Positions 38,300 to 50,898 of a stretch of DNA of 64,000 bases are shown in pieces. The translations under genes were made by a program, and so were the position numbers. The DNA comes from Takakia lepidozioides. Lineage: Eukaryota > Plantae > Bryophyta. The stretch's first letter is position 1. The number at the start of each line of letters is the position of its first letter. Where the stretch lies: NCBI GenBank assembly GCA_030704615.1, contig CM060731.1, positions 74,648,001 to 74,712,000 on the forward strand. The letters run 5' to 3'. Under the pieces are notes generated by a model. The model had not been told where the DNA came from. It was given only the letters and a program-made list of their open reading frames with translations, and made no database searches.

Positions 38300-41200
38300 A
38301 TGGGGAGGAAGAAGGACACTCGAGGGGGAGGCGTTGCTGGTGGTGGTGGTGGTAGAGGCAAGCTGCGGACGGAGAAGGTAAGCTGTAGTTTTGTTTTTTT
38401 TCATGACCTGCACTTAGGCATATGCGCCATCGCATAAGCCCCACCAAGCTGCTCCTAATCTAGCACCTCCGCCGGCGCAGATGCCTAAGTCACTTCAACT
38501 CTCACAAGTTTGCGAATCTCCACACATACACACAACCGTCTCCGCCGGCGGAGACAGCTCATTCCCCTTGGTTTTTCTGATGCTTGGAAGGGCTGGGCTG
38601 CTGCCCCCTCCGCCGGCGCATAACGTTGGAGTTGGATGCTCACATGTTTCAGGAAGTTGCTCCCTACTCCATCCGTTTATTTTTTGCATGCTCATACGTT
38701 GCTGATGCTCCGAGTGGGCTGCGCTGGCATATCCGCCGGCGCATACCCATTGAGTACATTCTTTTTTGCTCAGATCATAGGTTTCAGGAACCTCCTGCAA
38801 GCGTCTCCGCCGGCGGAGACACTTGGAGCTTGGTTTTTTTGCATATTCCCTGTGTTACGGAAGCTCCAAAGCGCCAAGGCTGCCACCTCTGTCAACGCAG
38901 ACCCGTGCAGCAGGGCTGCTCACATATTTCAGGAAGTTCTCCCCCCCTTCCATCTCTTTTGTTTCTCCGCATTCTCATAAGTTGTTGATGCTCCGAGCGG
39001 GCTGGGCTGCCATATCCGCCGGCGCATACCCATTGAGCACAATCTTTTTTTGCTTAGCTCCTAGGTTTCAGGAACCTCATGCAAGCATCTCCGCCGGCGG
39101 AGATGCTTGGAGCTTGGTTTTTTTGTTGTATATTCCTTGTGTTACGTAAGCTCCAAAGTGTCGAGGCTGCCACCTCCGTCGGCGCAGACGCTTGGGGAAC
39201 CTTCCCTATTTTGGTTGATCACAGTATTCAAGTATCTCAAAGCTTCTACGTTGCCACCTCCACAACTCCACATGCTTCCATAGGCCTAGTTTGATCTTTC
39301 AAGGTGCTCCTGTATGTTTGGCTACAACCTCCCTTCCATGGTATGCGCCGGCGCATATGCTTGGAGCTCCTTGAGCAAAAATTTCTTCAAGGGCCTCAAA
39401 TCTTGTCAAATTTTGAGTTGGTTGCACATATGTGTCATATGCGCCGGCGTAGGTGGTCGGAGGTCCTCTGTCGGGATGCTCAGGCCTGTATTCTGCTCCA
39501 AGTTGTAAGCTTTGAAAGACAAGGATATTCATGGAATTAGTTGACTATCCAAATTCATTTGTTTTCTTCATGCAACCATGACACTGAACTGCTCTTTTAC
39601 ATATTATACATTCACACATGTGCTCTTCTCATACACTGACATCTTGAACTGTTTTGGTCTATGGAATTAGGAAATTACTACTACAACTGAAGCTGTGGAG
39701 GCCGGGACGCTTGCAACCATTATTGACGACATTGATGCAGGAATTGGGGGGCAGATGAGTATGAAGAGGATACAACATCTAGTGATCCTCTTTCTCTAGA
39801 TGCCAAACAGGCAATTATTCTGGAAAAGAAACAAGATCTGAATGTAACTTTCAGGTCCCTCCTCATTGAGGATGGAGTTATGGACATTCCATTGTGTCGC
39901 ATGATTTCTATGCAGGTTGTTAGGCCCGCCCTTGCCAACGACATCCTAAAGCTTAGAGGAGACTTCTATTCTGGATACCATCCAGGAGCAGCCGTGTTCT
40001 ATGTTTCTGTTGAGGGGATTGATGGATCTACTATAGATGTAGGTCCTGATATCATCTCTACATGGGATAGTCATTGGAAAACAGTCAATGATGAGTTTGA
40101 GAAGTATCTTGAGTCCAAGCCAAAGTTGCATCATCTTCGGGGGAAGATGTTTCATGTCTGGGATGGGAATCATAGGCTTCAAGCATGGTATCCCTATATC
40201 AATGAAGTTCATGGGGCCAACTTGTCAAGACATGTCTGTGTGACAAGTTGGGTGCTCAATGCGGACATTGAAAATCGTGGTTCCCTCAGGTCCATCATGG
40301 ATGGAGTGAATGTGTGAGTTTCCTTTCTATTCTTCATTTACTTTCATGTTCAATGTTGTCATGTTCTTGCTCAATGGATGTACATATACACATCTTCTTT
40401 CTAATGATCATATTTTATATGTGCAGGGCAACAGAGAGGGCACATGTTACATCCAAATTTGTGCACTTGGTTTGCAAGGTCAATATGATTGGCCTTACAC
40501 CTGTCTCTGAATGGAAGAATGTATTGAGGAAAGAGCAATACGACGAATGCATCAAGAAAGCAGGAAAGACTTGGTATAACCTGACAGTCCATGCAATGAC
40601 AGAGATTTTGTACAAGGTAACATCATGTCTTAACCAAGTTTCATTCTTTGCATCCATAGACAAGATTCACCTCTGGTTCATGTTATGAACTGTTTTGGTT
40701 CTTTTGGCAGCATGATATTGTTGAGGCCCAACGCATGGCGGGGGAAGCTTACAAACTTGCTGAGGGGCCAAAGAGTCAAGAGGGCCTTGAAGATACAATG
40801 AGACAGGCTGGATTGAAAGCAAGGGAGCAACACAAGAGTCAGCTTGTGAAGTTGCTTCCTATTGCTGATCCAACCCTTGGAGAGGGGTTTCTCCAAGAAC
40901 TTAAACTGCATTGGTCACGTGTAAAGGCAGGATCAGAGGAAATGACCCAAGAGAAAATGGTGAACATTGCTACCGCCCGGGTGGATCCTGAAGAAAAGGT
41001 GGAATGGCTACATATATGGAATGGAGACCAAACACTTCACGACCGTAATTTTTTTCCACCCGGGCCTATCAGTGGGCCAACACTTGATCCTTGGCTGAAT
41101 AGAAGGACTTTTTGGTGGCAGGTACATATACAATCACTATCTTCTCAATGCAATTAATTCATTTTGTTGATGACACATTAACATAGTTATTTAACTGACT

Positions 41201-43820
41201 GTATTTTCTGGCAGCTTCGCAAGGTTGCCTTGGCTCAGTTTGCCTTGTACACCACTCAGCTTGGCCAATTTCATGTTGCCTTGGAGGAAGGAGAGAGTGA
41301 GAGTCTGGGAGACTACATGGATACATGGAAGATGACTCATTTCAATGAGTTGTTTCATAGAGAGTTCTCATTGCCAAAGGGGCCATTCAGAGGCAATGAT
41401 TGGGAACAACAAACAGGTGGGGAGAAGGTGGTGAGACGGATTTTATTCAGGTACCATCTTTCCATTGCATTGTACATGGATAGTGTATACACCTTGTAAG
41501 TCAAAAATGTCTATGCTTCAAGTATTTTTCTAGTACATTGGGATATACATGTTTCTTAATGTGCTTGTTCAATTGTTGAACAGGTTGCATAAATATTTGT
41601 CTCCACAATAACTTTGAATGTGTTTGTATTTTAGGTACATGAGATTTGTGCTTGTACCGAGTGATCGACTTAAGGCTGAGCCCAAGTTTCTGATGGCCTG
41701 GAAGTTTGGTGCTCAACAAGCTTCCATGTACACACCTGCAATTGAGGAAGATTGGGGTGTGGAACACCGGGAAGGGGGGGGGGGTTGGTATTTGGATATG
41801 CCCAAGGGTACTATCCCCTATGCAGAAATGGGACTTCATAAGGAATGTGTTCGCAGGCAGTCAGTGAGTGATGAAGGGGGTATCTCCACTGAAGTCCATG
41901 TTCTTGATCTGGAGCATGCAGAACAGATTGCTACACAGGCCGCTGACGCTGTAGCCCAAGTGGTCCCTGCCGTTGTGGGTGTACCAAAACGCAAATCACG
42001 AAAAAGAAAAGGTGCGGATGTCAATGCAGGTGTGGCCCCCAATGCAGGTGTGGCTTCTATTGCTGGTCCTATTGGTAGTTCTTCACATCCTTCAAATCAG
42101 TTGGTTGTAGTGCCTGCACCTACTACTCGAGGAAACAAGCCAAAGGCAGGCGAACATCCTTACAGTGCAGTGTCATTTTCTGGTGGTGCACCTAGCATGT
42201 ATCGCATGAAGATCATGCCTACTCATTTCATTGATATGGTGGAGGCCTCAAGTACATCTCCTGATGCGACCTTGAAAGAGCTCATGGAGTTCTTAAAAAA
42301 TGTGAGTCCCAACAAACAAACTTGAATGTAAGGAATTCTTCGATGTTTTTATATCCTCATCATCCGGCTATTGACTCCTACATTTCTGTATGTTGTTTGC
42401 AGTTGCCAGGAACTTGGTCTAGTGTTGTGGATGGAAAAAGCGTGCATGTGGCTGTGGACATGATCATCGTGGACTGCCCAACAGGAATGCCTGTACAGGG
42501 CTGTTTGGATGGTGTACAGGTTCCTCCCTGGAATGCTTTTGATAAACGGTATTGGGAGTATGCATTCTCCATTGCTAATGACCTGTTGGATGACAATGGA
42601 TGCTTGGTGTTCTTGCAGGGCTCCGATGATTCCTTTGCATTGGAGCTCTTTTCTTACTCCAGGGGCAGCTCTATTTCCGTATTATCAAGGAAATATACTT
42701 GCATCAATACCACCCCTCTACACACTCAGACAGGAAAGGTAAAAATCATCCCTCTTCAATATCTCATTGTTTGATGTTTCATCTTCCTACTCTCATACAT
42801 ATTATTAAACCATCCGGGTGCACTGTTTTTGTGGAAATGGCACGTCTAACAGACCATGTTCTTCCACGCCCATGTCCTCACCAAGCAAGGAGGACTATTC
42901 AAACTGCGTGAGTCTGGCAAAGTTGTGGACCCCCTTGCAGACCCTGTTGAGTTGGATGCCATCTACAACCACATTCCAGATGTTGCACTACCCATGCAAA
43001 CTCCTCAACAAGCCTGGAGGGGTGCGCGAGACCGTAGTCCCGCCTTCATGCAAGTGTTGTTGGAGACATGCTCACCTCCTGGCTCCCGCATTTTGGATCT
43101 CACAGCTGGCACAGGTTTGCATTGGTCTCCATTTTGTAATTAAAATCTTCTGAGCTGATTCATGATCATTAACTGTTATCCGATATAATATCATCATTGC
43201 ATGTTTTTTTCCTGCAGGTTCTACATTTATTGCTGCTCGCGAGTCTGGACATCACGTATTTGGTCTTGAGGGGGACCAGACGTTGTATGCAGCACGTCTC
43301 TCTGCACTTCAAAATACTCAACCCGTTTTGGTTTCATCTGTGGTAACTCCAACCATTCAACGTCCTGTGAGTTTATTGGAACCCCCCGCTTCTAAGGTGG
43401 CGCGCAAGCTTGGTCTTCATCTCAGCAGTACTTCCTAGTGAGTATGTCTCGCCTCCATTCCCTTTGTTGCAATCTCTATATTATTTGCAAAGCAAACCAT
43501 TCCCATTTGATTTGTTAACATAAGTATACATGTATGTGTGATGCAGTGATGGGATTGTGCGGACCATCTACGATAGTCTACCCCAAAGTCCTCTTTCATC
43601 GTTTTATCTACCTTCGTATGTCGAGTCCCAAGCTTTGCATTCAATACATCAACAACGTGATGTAGGTCTTTCCAATGATCTGTTGTTTGACCGAAGAGCA
43701 GCTATTGTTGGACAATCCGTGGATAGGTTGCGTAGAGTTGAGGCTTTCATGGATGTGTATGCCTCTGAATCACAGGCTTATGACACGGATGATGAAGTAT
43801 CAGCTGATGATGTTATGTAG
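38300..43820 (+). CDS. 10-exon gene (~1,105 aa): ParB-like N-terminal domain plus beta-class amino (N6-adenine/N4-cytosine)-type DNA methyltransferase domain
   Basis: GT-AG exons 38300-38377, 39671-40313, 40427-40616, 40711-41121, 41215-41450, 41635-42301, 42403-42738, 42853-43114, 43218-43437, 43547-43820; phases agree if one G is added to the G6 run at 39746-39751; VWDGNHRLQAW; VDMIIVDCPTG; SPPGSRILDLTAGTGSTFIAARESGHHVFGLEGD. Confidence 0.8.
38470..39449. repeat. Intronic array of CGCCGGCG-centred palindromes with a ~283-bp tandem duplication
   Basis: Nine perfect CGCCGGCG copies; 38638-38902 repeated at 38918-39190. Confidence 0.85.
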
Positions 43821-44819
43821 GTAATTAGAAATTACATATACAATACATTGTCCTCATTGTCAGTCCAATTTTTTTGTTATTTTTTATGATACATGTATTT
43901 ATCTCTAGTGTAAGGTAAAACAAATGGGGCAAATGACATGGTGTTGAAATCAGATTTCATGTTATCTTCTGTCATTTGATTTATCTATGTAATAGTTTGT
44001 ACATAGATCTCTACTGCATTTCATAGATCCCTTTACCTTAATGCAAGTTCGACATGCACTTCAGCACTATCAAATTTCATCATTAGTAAGATCAACCCTT
44101 TTGAGTATTGTGGCATGTTATGTACACACAGGGTGACTATCTTTATCTCATTAGTGTTTCATTTCATTAGTGTTTCAAGTCTGAATGGGTAGTGTAGTGG
44201 TATGAACTAGGCTTGATACCCGATAGGTTGTGGGTTCTATCTCTGATAGACATTATGTTTTTGTAAAATAAAAATGTTTCAGAAGATAGATATATAGATA
44301 CTGCAAAACCTATGTAACAAGCTCCCTAGCATTCCCTTAGCATTGCTCCATTCTGAACTTCAAACTAGACTCCCACCATTGGAAGAGCCCGTACCTTCAC
44401 CATTTGTATCTAACAAGGAGCCGTGCCTCGTCACTTTTTAATTTTTTGACCTTTTTTCTCATGTTGGAAAGCCATAAAAGCAACATGTTCCTCTCCCATT
44501 CCTACACTCACCCATGTGGAATAATAATACAATGAATATGGAATATTCTATATAGAATATTCTTATTCCATCCTTTGATATTTTGACTATGGACCCTAAG
44601 ATTAGATGAATCACAATTTTATTTTATTTTTTGGGTACCCTTATTTAAGTGTTGTGCATATAAAATTGTTCCTATGCATATCTAAAATTTGTATGCACGC
44701 ATACATTCCTCCATATGCATGCATTTGTGTGCGCATATAGTATAGGCTACCTCGCAAATTCCCAGAGACATGTTTACCAGTGATATATGTCTCGCTGGTA
44801 GTCGTTGAGAAACAAGGCT

Positions 44820-44885
44820 CTTTCGCTTTGCCCACAAACTCAACATCAAATATGAGTGTTGAATTGGGGGGTATGACACACAACC
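44820..44885 (-). CDS. Probable last coding exon of an FKBP-type peptidyl-prolyl isomerase (FKBP13-like C-terminus)
   Basis: TTGCAG acceptor then LCVIPPNSTLIFDVEFVGKA; upstream exons not seen; left boundary approximate. Confidence 0.65.
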
Positions 44886-45359
44886 CTGCAATCCAGCAAC
44901 TTCTCACAGTTTAGAAAAGACCTTTCAAAAATGAAGAGAAGGAAGAGATTGAAAGGGAACTATGTGGTTCAGGGCTCGATTAAATAGGGCAGCTTGGCAT
45001 CAGATGGGCCTTGGGTTGCTGCCTACAGTGAAACAGAGAATATGGCATGCTACTGGATATCAATCGCATATCAATCCTCCTTGTCCACAACTGACAGACC
45101 TCTAGAGCTGGCACCAGCAACAATCCATATTTTTCATCTAGGCCATCATCATTGCCAAAGTAAATTTGCCCCTACCTCTCTTGACATAAGATGCCTCTAT
45201 TCTCACTGTGGAATTAGAACGGGAGAACCATGCACTGGTATGAACAGACTCTTACATGGCAAAAACCCTCGACAAACGGGGAGAGAGGAGAAGAGAATGG
45301 AGGTACCGCCGCCCTCGGCAGTTGGTGGTTTTTTGGGGAAATGACATAGTGAATGCCTA

Positions 45360-45560
45360 TAATTACTTGTAGGGCCTCCCTCCTATGACAACCATGTTGG
45401 GCATATCCTGCGATCATTGCATTCCAAGACACCACATCTTGTTTGGCCATATCATCGAACACTCCCTTGTCATCCTTGATGCTACCACATTCAAAATACA
45501 TGTCTACCCAGGTAGAATTTAGAACAAATACCTCTCGTACTATTCCCATTTTGAGGCTGT
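45360..45560 (-). pseudogene. PLS-class pentatricopeptide repeat fragment
   Basis: VDMYFECGSIKDDKGVFDDMAKQDVVSWNAMIAGYAQHG. Confidence 0.8.
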
Positions 45561-46746
45561 CCAATTTCAGGGCTACCAAGCTCGCCTATTCATTGCAACG
45601 CAACCAATTGTGACCTTGTCCGGCTTCAGCATCACTAAAAGAACTCGTTGTATAGTCGAATACCAATGTCATGAAGGGGGGAATGTATCAAATTGTACAC
45701 TTGAAGACTGCAAACAGGGACGACGATTACAAGTCAATTTGAAGTTTGCAAACTGCATGACTCAATGAAGTATGCTACTTACTACTTCGTGATATTTGCC
45801 CACGCCACTACATAGTGAAACTGCAAACTGCTTAGATTTCCAGGTCCAATATTTTGCCAATATCAAATGGACACATGTTCTCATATGACAAGTGCTTCAT
45901 TAAAGATAGATGGATGAGGTCATCCAATGGAAGAATCCATTCATGTATACGCCTTAAGATGCCACGTGTAGTGATGTAATCATAGAAACAGAGATGTAAA
46001 ACCTCCAGTAGTCATGTCGTCATAAGCTTATATGGCATGTCATCAATGTGTAGTAGTGGTGTAGTCATAAGCTTATGTGGCATGTGTCTAACGTGTAGTA
46101 TTGCGTATGACTACTAGTTATATAAACCAAGCCTATGTTCTTGGTCAACACTGTTTGACCGTGGCTCCTAGTCATGTAGTAAAACGTATGACTACATTAG
46201 ATTAAAATATATTAAAATTTGCCCAACAATGGGTTCAATCACTTCGTAATCACACATATAGTCATGATTACCAAGGTTTATATCACCCGTAGTCATAAAA
46301 ACGTTAATCTGTAGTTGTGTAGTGCTGGATTATTTGAAGGACCATGACATAATGCGTTTGAATCTTTTGTATGTCCGACATGGGAATGAGGGGTTCCTTA
46401 GATTCCAGCACAATATGGAGATGAGAATGAGGGAAGCTTTGGCCGGGGATGAATGAGAGGAGGACAGGGCGAAGTTCCAGTTCACGAAATGGATGGAGGA
46501 CCAGACCCATGATGCCACATAGAATTTGAGGCAAACCATGGACAAGTTTGTTACGAGAACACCTGTAGCTGAAGGTCGCATGCCAACTTCGGAGGAGGAG
46601 TTGTTTGTGCTTGTGGATTGGTGGTCTGACATGCAAAGGCCTACGCCAAACGACGTACGAAACCACTCCCATGGAAGGCATGGTCCTCGTCCGCGGATGC
46701 GGCATTGAACGTGAGATACATATCCACAAACGCACAGATACAATAA

Positions 46747-47012
46747 CTTGACGCGCCCAAACAGGGAGGGTATGGTACAATTCGGTTGGGGATCAATTCA
46801 TTCCTCCATCTTGGGAGCTAGCATGGAAAACGCCCAGGGAAACAAATGCTGAGCTTGCCAAAGTCCAACATAACAATGAGGCGTTGGCTGTAAAGTTCCA
46901 TCATTTCGGCATCATAAAGTATTTTGCGTTGCATCCATGTCGAAATGAAGGTTACACACATTGGTGAGATGGGGGGACTATACGATCATGGTTGAGTATT
47001 GACAGGAAATGG
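46747..47012 (+). pseudogene. Protein-kinase-like N-lobe fragment
   Basis: QGGYGTIR (Gly loop), ELAWKTP, HNNEALA, HFGIIKYF, GGTI; frameshift and stop. Confidence 0.5.
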
Positions 47013-47567
47013 TCTATCATTGGTACCACTTCTATGGTGATCCATTAAAATATATAAGTGGTTTGTGCACCTGCGACAGACTTTGAAGAACAGACAGTGT
47101 TTAGATCATTATATGATGATGTTATTGAACAGATGGTTCTAAACAATAATATTTATTCTGAATCTGAATCACAATATTCACTCTCTGAAGCATTTTCCTC
47201 AACTGGAATAACGGTTGGCTGCACAAATGCCGCTTGAATGGTAGCCAACATAACCAGCTCTTTTTTTAATTAGAGCCATGGCACCCTCTAATGACCTAGA
47301 TATGGGATGATCTGGTAAGCTAAAGGATGCCCGTAGATCATCAAAATTTGCTTTGTCTCCAATGTCACATTGATTTACGTCCGCCACAATTGTTTTTGCT
47401 CTTGGATCCTTCCAGAGGACTACCTTCCACTCCGAACCTGCAAACTCCTCAGAAAAAGAAACATGTTCTACTTGAGAGGAAAAATGGACGGCTCTTCATC
47501 TTCAGGCAACATCCTCCCAAAATTCATAACAAGAAAACCATATGAATCCTTTTTCATTGTAGCATTT

Positions 47568-48002
47568 TGTAACACCCAGATCTACACAAACTAGAATAAA
47601 AGTACTTCTCAACTTTTTCCCAAAACAACTCGATGCCTTCTAGGTTTTCATTGCAGGTTTATATACCCTTCACAATATGATTATTTTAAAGGTTTGACTT
47701 GAGAGCCTCAAGTCAAAGCTTCCTAAAGTCAATTTTCCTAGGTTTGACATATTCTCCACAATACGACTTTATCAAGGATACTGTTAAAGTCAGCCTTCCT
47801 AGGTTTGACATATTCTCTACAATATGACTTTATCAAATATTTGACCTACTCTCCATAATATGAATATCTTAGAGGTTTGACTTGAGAGCCTCAAGTCAAA
47901 CTTCCTTAAGTCGAACTTCTTAGGATCCTTCCTAATTATTCTGGAAACTTTTAGGGAACTTTCCTCCTCCATCTAGAACCTTCTAGATTCTACCTTGTTA
48001 CG
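47568..48002 (-). repeat. 3' LTR of the minus-strand chromovirus
   Basis: Ends TGTAACA...TGTTACG on the plus strand; minus-strand TATATAAA near 47660; two TTTGACTTGAG-AGC-CTCAAGTCAAA hairpins. Confidence 0.75.
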
Positions 48003-49904
48003 ATCCTCCCCTCTTTCAAGAAGCAACGTCCTCGTTGTTCGAATTTTCAAAAGCTTGAATTCTCAATTGAGCATTTGCGAGATTTTGCACCGGTTCCCAG
48101 GTAGCTTCATATAATAGAAATCCTTTCCATAAAACCAAATACTCCAACACCTCATGTCGCCCTCGTTTGTATGTGCGTTTTTTTAAAACACGGTCGACCT
48201 CCCACTCTTCATTTCCGTCTATCAACTCTGGTAAAAGTTATGGTTCTTGATTATCTTTGAATATTGATGGTCGAGGTTTGTAACGACGTAGTAGAGAAAC
48301 GTGAAACACCGGGTGAATCTTCATATGTGGTGGTAACTCCAGCTTGTATGCTACTGCTCCAATGCGTTTAATGATCGAAAAAAAACCAATGAACCGTGCC
48401 CCTAGTTTTCGCGATCCAATGATGTGTAAATTGGTTGTAGACAACCACATTTGATCCCCAACTGCAAACTCTTCATCCCGTCGACGTGCATTTGTCTACT
48501 GCTTTTGGCGATTTTGGGCAACCATCAGCTTCTCTTTAGCTTAACATACTCCCCGTCGAATTTGTTGCACAAATGCATTAGCCGCGGCTACCTTAGATAA
48601 CTCCTCTTTTGGTAACTTGAACTTTGTAAGAGTTGTTGGCACATTTGGGGGTTCACCATACATTAAAGAAAAAAGAGTTTCTTTCGTTGACGCGTTGACC
48701 AAGTTATTGTATAAAATTCTACCAATGGTAATAACCAATCACACTCTTCTTGTTCTTCTAACGTAAAGGCCCGCAACATGTCTTTAATTGTACGATTCGC
48801 TCGCTCTGTCTGTCCATCTGACTCCGGATGATAGGCTGTTGACATAGCTAATTTGGTTTTAAAAAGACCAAATAAGCTTTTCCAAAACAAGCTAGTAAAT
48901 TAGGTACCCCTGTCAGTAATGAGAACTTTATATAGCCCATGATGAGAATAAACCACTTCCAGATATAGTCGAGCTAGTTCAGGTGCAGTGACGGATTTTC
49001 TAGTGGGACGGATGTGTATCATCTTACTCAATTTGTCTACAAAGACCATTATAGTGTCGTATCCCGATGAGGTTTGAGGTAACTCACAAACTAAATCCAT
49101 GCTCATATGTTCCCAACGTCTGTTTGGTACTGGTAGTGGTTGTAAAAGACCTACTGGCTTGCGGTTTGTTGACTTGTTTTGTTGACATTTCATGCAATTT
49201 CGAACATACGCCTGCACCTCGTCTCGCATCCGCGGCCAATAAAATGTTCGTTTTAGTTGTTCGAATGTTTTTTCAACTCCAACATGTCCTGCTATCGTCG
49301 TATCATGAGCTTCAAACAAGACTTCTGTCTTCAATGCAGATTCATCAGGGATCCAAAGTTTACCTTCTTTGAATACCAACCCTCGAACTTCTGTCACTTT
49401 GCCGTTCTTCTTAACGTCCACGATCTCCCCATCATCTTTAGAAGCCGTCGCTATCTTGTTCCACCAATCGGGTTGAATGTTGATTTCTGTCAATGTGTTC
49501 ATGCACGACATCATTGTCATTGCATCTGCCAATTGTCATTTTCCCTCCACATATGTTAAATTGTTGTCGCCATTCTGCCCAACGAATCTGTCTCTTCGAT
49601 AGATCTTTCTGTGTCTCCAAGTACACCAATGGTTTATGGTCTGTCTCCACTATCAACTCTTTGTCTCCAAGATAGTGCTTCCAATGTTTTGTACCCAAAA
49701 TAATGGCATATTCTTCTCGTTCGGTTATATGGTAATTTTGTTTCGCATGTAATAATTTACGAGAAAAATATGCCACTGGGTGCCATCCGTCTTCCCATTC
49801 TTGTTGTAACACCCCACCCACTACTGAGCCTGACACATCTACCAAGAGCTTGATTAGTCTTGTCGGATCATACCATTTCAAGATCGGGGCATGAAGCAAC
49901 GCAT
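47568..49904 (-). mobile_element. Chromovirus 3' portion (RNase H, integrase, chromodomain, 3' LTR), interrupted by family A copy 3
   Basis: HPVAYFSRKL, AGHVG/CMKCQ, SMDLV, YHPESDGQTER, HPVFHVSLL, EWEVDRVL...EYLVLWKG...ATWEP; PPT 48003-48016. Confidence 0.9.
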
Positions 49905-50867
49905 TGTCGAGCGGCTTTTACTCACCCATCCCTTCGCTATCCGAGGCGGAAACTCCAAGATAGAAGAGCTGGATATCTCTAAGCACTCAGCCCGCTCAGA
50001 ACAATCAGTCATGACCTACAACTAGTGAATCATGGTTGTGCTTCCTGTTTGTATTTCTTCTTGCCTTCATGTTAGCCAATTACCTTACTGTGTATACTGA
50101 AGCATCAGATTGCTTCAGTATATATCAAGCTTCTTCACTCAAGTCACTCTACTCAGTGTGTGTTGCATCGAATAAGTATTAGTTTTGGATTTATCAGGTA
50201 TCAGGCCGAAGCCATGGTGTCTCTAATCTGCTCTACGGTATCACTACAGCTCTACATGTAACAAGTATCTACTGTTCATCTTTCCTCCTCAAACGTGCTC
50301 TCCATCCTTGCTCCCATTCTTGCTCTCCGCTCGATCTCCTCTCCTCTTTCACCAAGAAGTGCCCCCCGTGAAGTGATCCCCTTCCTGTTGCCGCCCTGCC
50401 TCATCTCCCCGCAAGCTGTTCTAATCACCTAACTAACTAACTGTCACCCCTGAAGTAACACGTTCCCTCTGCAGTTGTCGTTCCCACACAGTCGTTCCCT
50501 GTCAATGATAACCGTTCCTTATGTACGCTGTGACGGGCTGTGCGAAGCTGTGTCGAGCTGTGACTGGCTGTGTAAAACTGTGTCGGGCTGTGGTAGACTG
50601 TGTTGGGTTGTGCGAAGCTGTGACTGGCTGTGACTGGCAGTGACGGGCTGTGTCACGTTGTGATAGACTGTGTCAGGCTATGACTGGCTGTGTGAGGCTG
50701 TGTCGGGCTGTGTCAGATTATGTCGACATATCTACCCCCCTAAAGCATGCGTCTATCACCCCTAAGGCTTCTGTTAGTCTCAGTCTACCATCCGTAAGTC
50801 TGCGCAAAAATTAAGGGTACCCCACAGAACCCGTAAAAGCGTCTAAGTCCCAAACAGCCCTCTAACA
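49905..50867 (-). repeat. 3' LTR of family A copy 3
   Basis: Minus strand TGTTAGAGGG...GCTCGACA; 20 x 10-bp array at 50527-50726. Confidence 0.92.
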
Positions 50868-50898
50868 TTACCCCTCCCCCTCTCAAAAAGTCGTGTCC

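Larger units (their letters stand above)
33704..43820. mobile_element. Probable MULE-type DNA transposon carrying a divergent ParB-like/methyltransferase gene; termini not located
   Basis: Transposase and second gene head-to-head about 1 kb apart; no TIR/TSD found by eye. Confidence 0.55.

Noticed and set aside
33000-44500. Terminal inverted repeats of the MULE-like element
   Set aside because: No matching inverted termini or TSD could be found by eye.
50527-50726. CRISPR-like repeat-spacer array
   Set aside because: Unit is only 10 bp, lies inside a plant LTR, and there are no cas genes.
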